Source: Veleropilina oligotropha (taxonomy: Eukaryota). From it: DNA of 64,000 bases. The DNA lies in the NCBI GenBank assembly GCA_048128005.1, contig JBEUKZ010000064.1, positions 1 through 64,000 on the forward strand. The letters are read 5' to 3'. Below are positions 26,101 to 40,469 of the stretch, piece by piece (position 1 is the first letter of the stretch; every line of letters starts with the position of its first letter). The notes under the pieces were generated by a model. That model worked only from the letters and a program-made list of their open reading frames with translations, was not told where the DNA came from and ran no database searches. The translations under genes and the position numbers were made by a program.

Positions 26101-28830
26101 ACATCTCAATAGTACCACATCCCAATAGTACCACATCGCGATAGTACCACATCCCAATAGTACCACATCCCAATAGTACTACATCCCAATAGTACCACAT
26201 CTCAATAGTACTACATCCCAATAGTACCACATCTCAATAGTACCACATCCCAATAGTACCACATCCCAATAGTACCACATCCCAATAGGACTACATCCCA
26301 ATAGTACTACATCTCAATAGTACTACATCTCAATAGTACTACATCCCAATAGTACCACATCTCAATAGTACTACATCTCAATAGTACCACATCGCAATAG
26401 TACCACATCCCAATAGTACTACATCCCAATAGTACCACATCGCAATAGTACCACATCGCAATAGTACCACATCCCAATAGTACCACATCCCAATAGTACT
26501 ACATCCCAATAGTACCACATCTCAATAGTACTACATCCCAATAGTACCACATCTCAATAGTACCACATCCCAATAGTACCACATCCCAATAGTACCACAT
26601 CCCAATAGTACCACATCCCAATAGTACCACATCCCAATAGTACCACATCCCAATAGTACTACATCCCAATAGTACCACATCTCAATAGTACTACATCCCA
26701 ATAGTACCACATCTCAATAGTACCACATCCCAATAGTACCACATCCCAATAGTACCACATCCCAATAGGACTACATCCCAATAGTACTACATCTCAATAG
26801 TACTACATCTCAATAGTACTACATCCCAATAGTACCACATCTCAATAGTACTACATCTCAATAGTACTACATCCCAATAGTACCGCATCCCAATAGTACT
26901 ACATCCCAATAGTACTACATCCCAATAGTACTACATCCCAATAGTATTACATCTCAATAATACTGCATCCCAATAGTACCACATCCCAATAGTACCACAT
27001 CGCAATAGTACCACATCCCAATAGTACCACATCCCAATAGTACTACATCCCAATAGTACCACATCTCAATAGTACTACATCCCAATAGTACCACATCTCA
27101 ATAGTACCACATCCCAATAGTACCACATCCCAATAGTACCACATCCCAATAGGACTACATCCCAATAGTACTACATCTCAATAGTACTGCATCCCAATAG
27201 TACTACATCCCAATAGTACCACATCTCAATAGTACTACATCTCAATAGTACTACATCTCAATAGTACCACATCTCAATAGTACTACATCCCAATAGTACC
27301 ACATCCCAATAGTACCACATCCCAATAGTACCACATCCCAATAGTACCACATCCCAATAGTACTACATCCCAATAGTACCACATCCCAATAGTACCACAT
27401 CCCAATAGTACCACATCCCAATAGTACCACATCCCAATAGTACCACATCCCAATAGTACCACATCCCAATAGTATTACATCTCAATAGTACCACATCCCA
27501 ATAGTATTACATCTCAATAGTACCACATCTCAATAGTACTACATCCCAATAGTACCACATCCCAATAGTACCACATCCCAATAGTACCACATCCCAATAG
27601 TACCACATCTCAATAGTACTACATCCCAATAGTACCACATCCCAATAGTACCACATCCCAATAGTACCACATCCCAATAGTACCACATCCCAATAGTACT
27701 ACATCCCAATAGTACCACATCCCAATAGTACCACATCCCAATAGTACCACATCCCAATAGTACTACACCCCAATAGTACCACACCCCAATAGTATTACAT
27801 CTCAATAGTACTACACCCCAATAGTACCACATTCCAATAGTACCACATCCCAATATGACTACATCCCAATAGTACCACATCCCAATAGTACCACATCCCA
27901 ATAGTACTACATCCCAATAGTACTACATCCCAATAGTACTACACCCCAATAGTCCCACATCCCAATAGTACCACATCCCAATAGTACTATATCCCAATAG
28001 TACTACACCCCAATAGTACTACACCCCAATAGTACTACATCCCAATAGTACCACATCTCAATAGTACCACATCTCAATAGTACCACATCCCAATAGTACT
28101 ACATCCCAATAGTACCACATCTCAATAGTACCACATCTCAATAGTACCACATCTCAATAGTACCACATCTCAATAGTACTACACCCCAATAGTACTACAC
28201 CCCAATAGTACTACATCCCAATAGTACCACATCCCAATAGTACCACATCTCAATAGTACCACATCCCAATAGTACTACATCCCAATAGGACTACATACCA
28301 ATAGTACCACATCCCAATAGTACCACATCCCAATAGTACTACATCTCAGTAGTACCACATCCCAATAGTACTACATCCCAATAGTACTACATCCCAATAG
28401 TACTACATCCCAATAGTACTACACCCCAATAGTACCACATCCAAATAGTACCACATCCCAATTGTACTGCATCCCAATAGTACTACACCCCAATAGTACT
28501 ACACCCCAATAGTACCACATCTCAATAGTACTACATCCCAATAGTATTACATCCCAATAGTACTATATCTCAATAGTACTACATCCCAATAGTACCACAT
28601 CCCAATAGTACTACACCCCAATAGTACCACATCCCAATAGTACCACATCCAAATAGTACTACATTCCAATAGTACCACATCCCAATAGTACTACATCCCA
28701 ATAGTACTACATCCCAATAGTACCACACCCCAATAGTACTACGTCCCTATAGTACTACATCCCAATAGTACAACATCCCAATAGTACCACACCCCAATAG
28801 TACTACGGCCCTATAGTACTACATCCCAAT
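20153..28830. repeat. 16-bp satellite array, ~540 units, 8.7 kb
   Basis: Unit CCCAATAGTACYACAT with recurrent variants (ctc/cgc/accc/gga/tta). Confidence 0.98.
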
Positions 28831-29171
28831 TTTCAGTATGGCTGCTTTCAGATTGCAAGCACTGCAAACTATTGAAAGTATCTGCAAATCAGATTAATAT
28901 TTAGTTATGAGGGTCACAGTTGAATTTGATTTGATTACCTTCCTTATTGTTTTATTATTTATAGAGGGTACGACATTTGTGTCAATGTCAGCAATATGAT
29001 AGTGGATCTATAGACTTAGAACCACGATTTCGTCCTCTGTGTCAGTGTTAGTAAGATGACGGTGCAGCTATATATTACCAATTGTACGACCTCTAGGTGT
29101 CGGCGTCAACAATATCACAATTGGTCTACAGCCACAATGAGCTTACCACATGTACGAAAGTAAGAGGCCGG

Positions 29172-29320
29172 TGCTTAATGTCATGTATACCATCATTGAG
29201 TTCAAAGCAGGACATGTCCATATTATCACGGGGTGAAAGCCCGGTTGCCCAGGGCAACCCGCCCTCTCCGACCAGTTACGACAACTGTGATTCATTACTT
29301 GAACAAATAATGTCATGTCT
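29172..29320 (-). mobile_element. Fragment of the 6932-7196 SINE family
   Basis: tgcttaatgtcatgtatac...gttcaaagcaggacatgtcc...gacaactgtgattca matches ~6950-7100. Confidence 0.75.
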
Positions 29321-29949
29321 CCACTACCGGCGAAGCCGATTTTAGACATTCTGACGCAAAACTGAATAGCAGCGATAACAGAAAAGTACTCGACCGTCAG
29401 ACGTCGATATTAAACCAGTGATATGCACTACAAAAGACAATTGTCTGTGGGGTCGAACATAAAATAAACATCATATTGTACGTCGTATATTTGGACGTGT
29501 CATTAAAGTGACAGATATATCATCCACTAAATCTTATTCAATTGGGACGAATTATATTTTTGAAAATGAACTAGAGACTCTATAAAACAACTATCATTCG
29601 TATATGGAGCGATTATATCTAGAATTGTTCCGAATTATTCATTCGTATCTCAGCTGCGAGAGGTTATGGGGGGCCTGTTGTTATGTGGTGTCAGATTCGT
29701 CGGTGTGGACAAACAGACACACTTAGTCGTCAGGCATTGCATAGCGTACGCTTCAAGTTATTGTTCGATGTAAACGCATTACCGAATGTAATAAAAGGAA
29801 GTCACTAACACCACGTCCTCAATCAAATGCAATACGGGGCCCACCATGCTAAAACGTAGATGGTAGAGTGTTGGACAATTCATGATTCCTTCTGAAGACA
29901 TGTTTGTATGTTCGAGTTCCTTTGTATTCCTGCTTTCGATTCACTTCAT

Positions 29950-32000
29950 TGTAACTATGAATACATCTTCTATCGGGTCTACTACATTTCTGGGAAGATT
30001 ATTCCATTCATCAACAACTCGATTTCAGAAAAAATGCGTTATAACGTCTAATTGAAATGTTGTTTGTAAAACTTGTATTTGTGTCTCCTGATAAGCCTTT
30101 GGTTCATCTGGATAAAGTAACTGTTGTCAAAGTTGTCTTTTCCTGAAACACTTTAAACACCTGAATAATATCACCCCTTATCGTTATCAAAGACATTGTT
30201 GCCAGGTTAAGTGCCCTTAGCCAATCCTCATATGGTAATTATCTCAATTCGCCTATTAAATTTGTGGTTCTTCTTTAAATTTGTTCACAAGAATTTGGAT
30301 ATCCTTTGCATGATATGGACTTCATGCTTTCACTGCTTATTGTAAATGCGTCCTATCCATTTGCTTGTATAGGTGTGTTATGATGGCTTTGCTTGTAGAG
30401 GTGTGTTATGATGGCTTCGCTTGTATAGGTGTGTTATGATGGCTTTGCGTGTATAGGTGTGTTAATATGGCTTTGCTTGCATAGGTGTGTCATGATGGCT
30501 TTGTCATGGCTTTATATTTAAAATTACAGTTTCTCTTTATCATGTCCAATATTGATTTGATGGTTTACGCGTCTGGTCATACGCTCAAATATTTTGTCAC
30601 TAATTCTATAGTATCTGAACGCATTTTATAACAGCGCATCCGAGAGGAAGCATAGTTGAGCCGCATGTAAAGTCATCGTGGACATACACCACATAGACAG
30701 ACAGACAGACAGCCTCAATACAATAGTTTCTCCCTTTACACGGATCAACTAATTAAGGATTTTGTTGTTATAGCCCGCATGCATTACCTTACATTTACTG
30801 ATGTTGAAAAGAATTTACCAATCCTTTGCAACTTCTTCAGGTTCGATAATTCTGTACAATTTGGTATCGTCTGCGAACTCTTTTACTAGAGATGTAATGA
30901 CGTCATCAATGCAATTAAATACAGAACTTTGTGGGACTCCACCTAATGCCGGCTCCAATTTTGACTTAATACCATGACACTGTATTACAACTCTATGTTT
31001 TCTATTTTCATATAATTGTCCAATTTAGTAGTGGACTTTTTAAACCATGGCTACTTTATTTTTGTACCAGTCGTTTATTTGATGCTTTATCGAATGCCTT
31101 TTGAATATCAAGATATGTGATATCAACTGAGTTGCTCGTGTCTATTTCAGTTGTTACATCTTCAAAATTTCCAGTACGATGGTTAAACAAGATGTTTCTC
31201 CATAAATCCATGCTGACTAAGGTTTGGCAGGCCAAATTTATTTATTTGTTGTAAGATAACATCCTATAGATCGATTAAATTATCGTGCCTACTATCGGTG
31301 TCAGAATAACAAGTCTATAATTTGGGGTATTTTATCGACTTCCTTTTTTAAAGAACAGATGGGGTATTACTACCAGTATATTTATTGAATATCTAATCAT
31401 GGTTATGGCTGTATTAATGCGTCATCACCGACTTTTATCAATTTGGGGTATATACTGTCTGAACCTAACATTTAATAAGTTTAAGATTTTCAACCATATC
31501 CGTAGTAATCTCAATACTTTCACACAGTCGTCCTGGTTATGAAAAATATCTTTTAGCGTATGTACAGAGCAAAATATATATTTAGAGATTCTGGTAATTG
31601 TGCATTATCTGATATTAAATTTCACATTATTTACCCTTTGTTTTGACCTAATATAAGCAGAATCAAAGGATTTCTTGGCTGCACGAATTTCTTTTTACAC
31701 GGTTTCTCACACCCTTTATATTTTTGGTGGCCATCTACAGTATGTCGTGCGACTCCCTGAATATTGTTTCCAACGCATATATCTCCTTGTAATTTCCCTT
31801 TTCTCGTTAACCATGGTGTTGAGAATGATTTTTGTGTCTTTACTTTAGTGAAACATTTCTTTTCATTATTTTCTCGATGTTATATCTTCCCAACATTCTC
31901 TAGCATTTAGGTTTTCAGTTACCTCCCAGTCTATATTTAAAGGGGTACTGTCTACTTGGACGTCAATGAAAATCACTGCAGTTAGATTTCTCGAACGAGG
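29950..32000 (-). mobile_element. Highly degenerate CR1 LINE ORF2 (RT region)
   Basis: Minus-strand remnants RVVDEWNNLP, RGDIIQVFK, EFADDTKL, YLDIQKAFD; same family as 55740-57005; interrupted by a 28-bp tandem at ~30360-30505 and a small (GACA)n-bearing insertion at ~30560-30760. Confidence 0.8.
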
Positions 32001-32249
32001 CTGTGACTATTTATAGAGCCCCTTTTTAGCGTGAGATAGACTCGCGACTTAATAGTCGTGTCAAGAAACATGGATAAATCAACTTAGAAAAGTGTAAAAT
32101 CATTCTCCAAAGGTGGGAGCTACTAAAACAAAAGATGCGTTGCAGGGTATATAGTGCGGTCAAAGTCTGCTTTTCGAATAGCTGGTATTTCTTGTTTGCA
32201 GAGTTGTTTTTTTGATGTAGCTGAAATTCAATCAAGTCATGGTATGGCC

Positions 32250-32382
32250 CACAGTCCCTGGACGATACGTCACAAAATTAATGAATAAAAATATGGAAAT
32301 CGACAGGCAAAAGCCCTACCCACTGATTGCGATTTTGATATTTTTATTCTTTAATTTTGTGATGTATCGTCCAGGGACTGTG
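32250..32382. mobile_element. 133-bp MITE with 8-bp TSD (P/hAT-like)
   Basis: ~45-bp TIRs CACAGTCCCTGGACGATAC...; flanks gtatggcc / gtatgacc (7/8 identical). Confidence 0.85.
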
Positions 32383-32912
32383 GTATGACCCATACTTCCA
32401 AGTTTTCCAATTCTGCTTACGATTTGAACATATTTACTTCACTGAAAACACTTGATCGCGTATATTGTGGCCTCTAGTCGGGAAATACACATGTTGGTGC
32501 ATAAATCCATTGTGCATTGTTGCTTAAAAGTCATTTCCTCCTTTCATCTATTATAATTATATCCAGGTATTTAAAGTATCCGATACGTTGTACTTAGAGT
32601 TACTCACATTTTCCAATGTACTGAGTCAGTGCTCGTATCCACTCGGATCCGATGTGGATCCATTTGAAAACGAGGAATCAAATACTAGTGATCAATTGTT
32701 TCGTAATTTGATGTAACAAAGCTGGTTGACCTCTTTCAGTTATGTAAATCAATGATCACATCACATGGGATCTAAACAAGCGTCTGAAAGCACGCGAATA
32801 CGGTTGCATAAATATGAACCCGTGTATTAATTAATATTGGTCATGATAAAAACTGGTGAAATTTGCAATTCAGGGGAGAATACTCTGCATTCCTTAATCG
32901 AATTACCCGTTA

Positions 32913-34006
32913 AGGCCCCTTTACACACACGGGGGTCATTGGGCGACCATTGAGCGATCCAAAATTGGCCCGATCTCTCGACGATCTCTCCGAGAAAATC
33001 GTTTCTGTGTAAATGCTTGGGAGATCGTTGTGCGATCAAAATGCAAATTTTTGGCCAATTGTCATGGCGATCTATACTCCTATAACATATGAAACCGGGT
33101 TGACGTGCCTTTCATACCCTACCTCATATATCCGAAGCACCTTTTATGACGAGCAGGTTCCCGACGGATTTCGTCGGGAACGGCTTTGGAGCAAATTACT
33201 AATTAAAAATAGAGTGAAACAAACTGTAAATACTTAAATTGTATAAATATGCATGAATATATTCATACCTGTTAGTTTTTAGTGATTTTGTTGTCATAAT
33301 GTATGATAAAACGCATTAATTAGTTGTCAATGTTTAGTCTAACCGTCAAACGAAATGCTAACGTCACAAAATGACGACCGTCTTTTGTTTACATTGTAAA
33401 AGTTAAACCGTCCATTTTGTGTTCCAAAGTAACTTATCGGTGTCATTTGGTATAAAGGAACATATACCAATGCAAGTAAGTGATAAACTGTAGTTACTTT
33501 ATTGAAATTTAGTATTTTTCGCCACTGGCCGTGATTTTCACCATTATAATATTCTGCGGTGAGAAATTTTAGCTCAACGGTTAGAGTCTGATTAGGAACT
33601 ATAGCAGGCTCTAACGTTGTTGGAGTAGGCGATCTATAGAGATCTTGGAGCGACCTTAGCGCTTATTGAGCGCTCATTGAAAGACCATTGAGAGATCAAT
33701 GGATACTAAGCCTCCTGCAGCGACCACTTGGAGTTTGCTAGCGCTTGTTTTGCGACAAAGAGAGATCACAGGGAGATCTACGGAGACCGCTGAAAGATTG
33801 CTTCCCTCGGCGATCATTGAGAGATTGTTTTGAACAGAGTCAAAACTTTGAGGAGACCGTGGAGATCACTGGAAGATCATTGAGATCATGGTGAGATCAT
33901 TGAGAGGTCTACCATGGCGATTGCTGGGCGCTCATTGAAAGATCGTTGAGAGATCTGGCCATTTGTTTCATCGCTCAACGGTCGCCACCTCTGTGTAAAG
34001 GGGCTT
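32913..34006. mobile_element. PIF/Harbinger-like MITE
   Basis: TIRs GCCCCTTTACACA / TGTGTAAAGGGGC with subterminal ggcgaccattgagcgat / atcgctcaacggtcgcc; many internal gagatc/cattgag subrepeats; TSD not clean. Confidence 0.75.
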
Positions 34007-34434
34007 TTACCAACATGATATGTGTTTTAATCTGGTTTGTGTAATAATTATATATCATGCATGTTAAAGGCGTTGAACGGTTTCGGGTCATTCTTCAGTA
34101 AATCCACAATTTTCGTTGCAAATAATTTGAATTTAAACATCATGTATTTGTTGGATATTTATACACTATAAGGAAGGGCATATACTTAGAGATTAAATTC
34201 AATATTAGGCCGCGACCAACTCGACCTTTTTTTACCTTGGTGACGTCACAAATTATATACAGTGTCAGCATCCACTGTCATCTACGTCACATGCTATTCA
34301 ACCGAGAATGAAAGCATAATAAAAGTTTAAATCATCACTTCAGAATTATAAAAATATCATGCCGATATATCGTAACGCGTGTACATTGTATATTACCACT
34401 TATCGATATATTGGTAGCGTGTTAGACTGATTGA

Positions 34435-35283
34435 AGCTAAGATTCCATATGCACGGAATACGGAATGCGGAATGCGGAATGCGGCATGCGATTCGTATGA
34501 TTCCATATACACGTTTTACCCATGCGTTTTCAGTCTCTTTGGTGACGATTTCATATAGAGAACATGGCTAATCAGTCAAAATTGCAGCGTTCTATGTAGG
34601 AAATGGAGCAACATAACCTGTTGATCGTTGCTGTTTCCTATAAATTTTTTAAATTAAAAAAGCTCAAAATGAAAAGAAAGCATCGTTGGTGGGTACATGA
34701 AATCATCAAGAACCGTATTGCGGAAGGGGCATACCACAATCTGGTGAAAGAATACAATTAGATGGGGACAAGTTCCAACAATATGTCAGATTGACCAGGG
34801 AACAATTTGCCCAGGTATTATTTTATGTGTAGTTAATTTGATTCTCGGCATTTTGTCTTTCGCTGTGAATTCCCGCCAATTTGTTTGGACAACCCCCTTC
34901 TCTGACGTCATATTGAGGAATTCTGCATCGGATTCGCACACTTTTGCCATACCAATCGATATATATATATATATATATATCATCATCATCATGTTTGCTA
35001 CATTAATAGCATTGGAAATAATGTCACCAGTGCCAATTTGTTTGGAAAACACCCTCGTCTGACGTCATATTCTGATATCCGGCATCCGATTTCTAAAATT
35101 TTGCCGTACCAATCGCTCCTTGGAGCGATTCAGAAAACGCAGCCGCAGCTATTCGCAGCCGGACGACAAATCGCATACCGCAGCCGGACTTATGGAATCA
35201 CTCTCATATGTTTACATACATTTCCATTTGTTACCGCATTCCGCATGCCGCATTCCGCATTCCGTGCATATGGAATCTTAGCT
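34435..35283 (+). mobile_element. Harbinger deletion derivative with N-terminal transposase remnant
   Basis: TIRs AGCTAAGATTCCATATGCACGGAAT; flanks TGA/TTA; 34684-34830 reads RWWVHEI...GAYHNLVKE / LDGDKFQQYVRLTREQFAQVL. Confidence 0.85.
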
Positions 35284-37289
35284 TTAGTCACCTACGTCAC
35301 GATGTGGATGGTTGAATAAGTGACGTAGATGACTGTGACGGAGATGACGACATTATTGATTATTTTCACATGGCTTGTTTGGCGTGTGATTTGTGGACGC
35401 AAGGACCTGCTCAACTGACCAGAATTTCATGCTTTATGTATAGCAGGTGATTTTTATGCCCTAACATGAATAACCAGGGTGTATAACATCGTTTGTAGAT
35501 GACAATTTATTAAAGTACGCTATTATCAACCAACTTTACATTGAAATATTGCAGAGTACGTTCAACTTCCACTTGCACGTGTCGGGGCATCATTCAAAAT
35601 GGCGCTGTACGTACTTGCTTGAATCTGGTCACGTGACGTATGGATGGCCGTTTGAACAATAAATTTTACACTTACTTTCAAACCGTGACGTAGATGACCC
35701 GAAATCAAGGACAGACAATATCGATTCTGATTTAGTCAATTATTGGTAGTAAAGAGTATACATCCGTTTTATTACTGTACACTTTGAATAAACCACACCC
35801 ACTACTCATAATAAGACAGGAATATAGAGTATATTTCATCATAATAAAACAAAACTAGCCTTCTTTTTATTTTTGAATGATGTTGGGGACATTCTAAAAA
35901 TATATATTTCGTTGTGTGTAAAATATTTTTTAGCAATATGTTAACACATAGTAATATTGTATTGACAGTACACTCTATATTGATGATAAACAATGGTCTA
36001 TTCAAATAAATGATACGTGATTTAAAAAATAATCTGTTTAGATTACATTGGAAGGTAGGGACAGTGTTTTAACCATTTACTGTAGAATGACCCTTTCATG
36101 TCATTTATTTCTTGTTCAGATTTTCATATTTATTTGGCTTGAGGTATAGAGTGATAATAAAGTGAGTTGGCGTATACAATAATTATTAGAAGACGATATG
36201 TAAACATGTAGCCACCCATTCGGAGAGACGGATGTGTGGAATAAAAGTTGACTATTAGGCCAAAAATTAATGTGGTCATTCAAGCTTAAATGATTAAATG
36301 AATTGATGGTTGTGCAATGGAGATGGTGCTGATAGGGAACTGCGTGTTAACACGATGTATTTTTGAAAATATATTGCGATTTACTAATTGTGCGTTTTCA
36401 CCAAAAAGTTAACAAGACCTTTCGATGTACCGTACTCGTAAAAGTAATTTGTTACACGACGATGTACTACTTTTTAATACTCTTGTATATTAATTTTTGA
36501 CGTTGCTGAACCCGATAGGCTATATTATGCATGGGTTCACGTCGTGGTGAGTCGGAGACGATATCTCCATTGCAAACAGTGTCAGTCAATTCGTTTTATC
36601 ATTCAAACTTGATCGGCCCGATAATGACTAGTGATACATTGTTGACGTAAAAAGATCAAATCACCTATGAAGAATCTATATAGAAGTGCCATCGTTTAAA
36701 TCTTTATTTGCGATATTGGACGTTTTTGTCCTAATATAAAATTGCAAATGTCCAGAGCATAAACAACCATAAATCTTTCTTGAAGGGTGATTCTCAAGTC
36801 TGAAAATATCTAAAGCCCCTGCCACGTAAACTAACTTCACATTGACGCATGTAGGGAGGGGGGGGGGGCACGGTGGATCAAAGGGCACAGTGGATCAGTC
36901 TTCAATCAAAACTTAATAAACAAATCGATTGATGTCATGACATGAGCCTGTGGGTTCCTCATGTAAATTTGTGGAGGAAGATTTACACTGCTGCTCATAT
37001 AATGTCAGTTTTACTACCACAAATGTAATTTCCCAGACTGCAGACTTTTTGTTTTTTGGTATACATAAACACATGGATGTGACGGTAAAGCAAAATTATA
37101 CCAGATAGATATGCCTATTAGAGATCTTCTGAATAAAGAATATCATATGTTCGTTTGCGCAGAGGCATGGGTTTCCTAACTTGATCCACCGTGACTGGGA
37201 GATTCACTTGTCCATCGAACAGTTGCACTTTACAGTCAAGTCAAAAGTGCACCGTGCAAACTTTCATTTGTGATCAAAATAAATATATG

Positions 37290-37851
37290 TGATGCACTGA
37301 GCTCCGCTCTCTCCTAATAGGCTGACTATACCACTGATATGATAGTGATGCAATGAGCTCCGCTCTCTCCTAATAGGCTGGCAATACCACTGATATGAGA
37401 GTGATGCACTGTGCTCCGCTCTCTCCTAATAGGCTGACTATACCACTGATATGAGAGTGATGCACTGTGCTCCGCTCTCTCCTAATAGGCTGACTATACC
37501 ACTGATATGAGAGTGATGCACTGTGCTCGCTCTCTCCTAATAGGCTGACTATACCACTGATATGAGAGTGATGCACTGTGCTCCGCTCTCTCCTAATAGG
37601 CTGACTATACCACTGATATGAGAGTGATGCACTGTGCTCCGCTCTCTCCTAATAGGCTGACTATACCACTGATATGAGAGTGATGCACTGAGCTCCGCTC
37701 TCTCCTAATATGCTGACTATACCACTGATATGAGAGTGATGCACTGTGCTCCGCTCTCTCCTAATAGGCTGACTATACCACTGATATGAGAGTGATGCAC
37801 TGAGCTCCGCTCTCTCCTAATAGGCTGACTATACCACTGATATGAGAGTGA
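37290..37851. repeat. 56-bp minisatellite, ~10 copies
   Basis: Unit gtgatgcactgtgctccgctctctcctaataggctgactataccactgatatgaga. Confidence 0.95.
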
Positions 37852-38129
37852 AAATGCTACGAGTCCTTGCGTTCAAAGACCTTTCAGATTGAGTTTCAGA
37901 TGTCGAACAGTATACTCGTAGTTTACACTCATACCAGGTTACTTTCAATATTGAAAATACACTGCCGCTGGTTCGACGGCTCTGCGTCATTATCTGGATT
38001 TTTCAGTCTTTGTTGTCCAGTTGTGATGAGTTGTTCACTAGATATTATTCCGGATTTTCTTATGTTAAAAGTGAAATATACGAGACAAGTTAGTTAGTTA
38101 AGTGCCTAAGCCAGTATGACTTTTCGCAT

Positions 38130-38790
38130 TCCTCAGGGAAGTCGCATCCCACCATATAGATAGTATGCTGACAAACGGTAGTGATGCTCAAACCAACGTC
38201 GCCTTCTTTGCCTGCTGATACTGGTTGTGAAAGTATCCTCTCTGATATGGGTGTTTCGCATCATGTCAGCTCTGTTGACTCATCTGATGGCTCGAAGACA
38301 ACACATCTCAAACACTTCAAGTAAATGTGTTTCCTGGGCTTGTAATGTCCATGCCTCTGCACCGTATATGACTATGGCAAAATGGGGGCTTTGCATAGCC
38401 TGGTCTTCAATTTTGTGGGGAAGCCTCGGTTCACGAATATTTTTGTCCTTTAGCCTTTCAAAGGTTGACGAAGCAAGACCGATGCGCCGCTTAGCATCCC
38501 TTTCTGTAGACGGTACAACAATACCCAGGAAACAGACCTCTTCCACGTTTTCAAGGTAACTGCTATCCAATACAAGGTGATGTTCTGTTGAGGTTATGAC
38601 CTTGCATTTGAAGACGTTTAATTTCATACCCCATTTGCCACAGGCAGCTTGGAGTTCTTCAGTGGATAGATGCAGCGTCTCAAAGACGGACAAGAGTGTG
38701 GTGTCAGCCGCATATATGATTTCAAAAGTGAGGTTATTGTCCAGCCTGCAGCCTGAGCTCCTTGCTCAGTTTCTTAAAATCTGCCATGAC
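38130..38790 (-). mobile_element. RTE-clade LINE fragment
   Basis: ORF 38280-38693: WGMKLN..KCKVI, LENVEEVCFLG, KRRIGLASSTF, IYGAEAWTL, LEVFEMCCLRAI. Confidence 0.88.
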
Positions 38791-39509
38791 AAATTCAAAA
38801 ACAAATAATCGTATAAATCATAACTCGATATAAATAGTCCGTGCTTTAATAGCGTATCGTCAGATTTGCATTGTGTAAACATGATCGCACGGTAAAAGTC
38901 ACGGAATATACATTACATCGGCATATTCAATGCAGGAAATAAATATTGTCTTGTTTGCTCTTTAATGAATTAAAAACCAATTTCGAAGTGGTCTCCTTAT
39001 TTTATGGCTACTGTTCCGTGAAACGTGACGTTTCAAAAAGTCTTATCCCGACCTGTTTATACAAAATTGTCGTCAGATATTAACATTTTTAATGAGAGCG
39101 AAATTAATGGACCAATCCTTATACCCTATAACTAACCATATAGCCGGTGCATTGTGCGACTATTCACCTTAAGATTATCGGGTACTCCATTGCATTCATG
39201 TGCAGACAGAGTATAAAGTAAAAGCTCTTTGGTACCTGAATAGATCATGCCAAGTTATCGACTGGTGCCCCACACTGAAAATGAATTATTATGACGATGT
39301 CATAGTACTGAGTGAATAGACTGCATGTGTGCATTTTAGTCATGTGATTGAGCAGGTAAATCAAATATCGCCTTGAACGATCAAATGAACAACAATTTAT
39401 TTTAATAAAGAATCTTAACGGGAGGGTGTGACCTTTCTTTTAGTTGTCAATAGTAACACAGAACAGTTCACGAGGTTGCAATACGCTTACTGATTTCTTA
39501 TGGACGAAA

Positions 39510-39655
39510 ATGGCGACACTTAAGAAACGATTAAGTAGGATAAACTCTAAAGCATTAATCTCCAGTACCAAACACTTTGATCACGATACGAATGATGCGG
39601 ATTCGGAGCTACACCTATCAAGATCAGGCGGTTTCCACAGTGGGCACAAGGACAG
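39510..39655 (+). CDS. Candidate alternative first coding exon E (MATLKKRLSRINSKALISSTKHFDHDTNDADSELHLSRSGGFHSGHKD-R/S)
   Basis: Strong aaaATGG context, 48 codons + 2 nt, CAG|GTGGGT donor, phase 2; possible 88-nt leader intron 39356-39443. Confidence 0.65.
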
Positions 39656-39679
39656 GTGGGTATCTAAGAAGCTGGGCCT

Positions 39680-39800
39680 TATCAGTCCGAGGTACCAGTA
39701 TTTACAGGACGCCATGTGAATCAGAGGTCTCATTCCCTTATCAGTCAGAGGTACCAGTATTTACAGGACGCCATGTGAATCAGAGGTCTCATTCCCTCAG
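39680..39800. repeat. Local ~59-bp tandem duplication
   Basis: gaggtaccagtatttacaggacgccatgtgaatcagaggtctcattccct occurs twice. Confidence 0.9.
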
Positions 39801-40469
39801 TGTCACAATGACATAAAAATACGCAAGTACTCTTTGTTGCAGATGTAAACATTTTTTTTAATTATGGTCATCAAAATTAATATTGTTTATTACCCTTAAA
39901 CTGGTGGGTTAAATATATGTAGCAACGGTCATGTTCCTCACATAGATTGGAGCACCCGTCTTCAGAGAGTGGATTGCGGGGAAATATGTGGATGCAAGGT
40001 GCACATCAGAGAGGCACGAAATCAGTGATCTGGTTGCATGAAGCAATATAATAACGTCTGGCTTAATACGGACACTTCCGGGGTTTTATCTTATGACAAA
40101 CATTCATGATTTTCCATACAATTAATTTATCTTGTTGCATTGATCTTCATTTGATTGCAACCCTGTGGGATATACTACATGATATTGTGAGAATCATTTT
40201 GGGTTCAGGATACATGTTGATTAGAAATTGTCGTCATTCTATCCGATTTGCACTATATAGATCTATTCATAGTGTTTTTACTGGTTTTCTCCACAGGAAC
40301 TACTATACGAACCAATATTCAATGCAATATATATTCGCCTTGTTTGAAATAGTGAAATAAACGAATATCTAATTAGTATGAAATCATTTATTCATCGTAA
40401 TATCCCAACAATGTCGCACATCTGTTCGTGCTCTTATTCATTCTCCAACTCGCAGAGTCACCCGAGCCA

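Noticed and set aside
20153..28830. CRISPR-like array or W/Y/C-rich ORFs
   Set aside because: Contiguous 16-bp monomers with no unique spacers and no cas genes; ORFs are short repeat translations.
36527..36546. Micro first exon MHGFTS with TG|GTGAGT in phase 2
   Set aside because: Too short to distinguish from chance; an overlapping ATG gives phase 1. Worth checking only alongside the main array.
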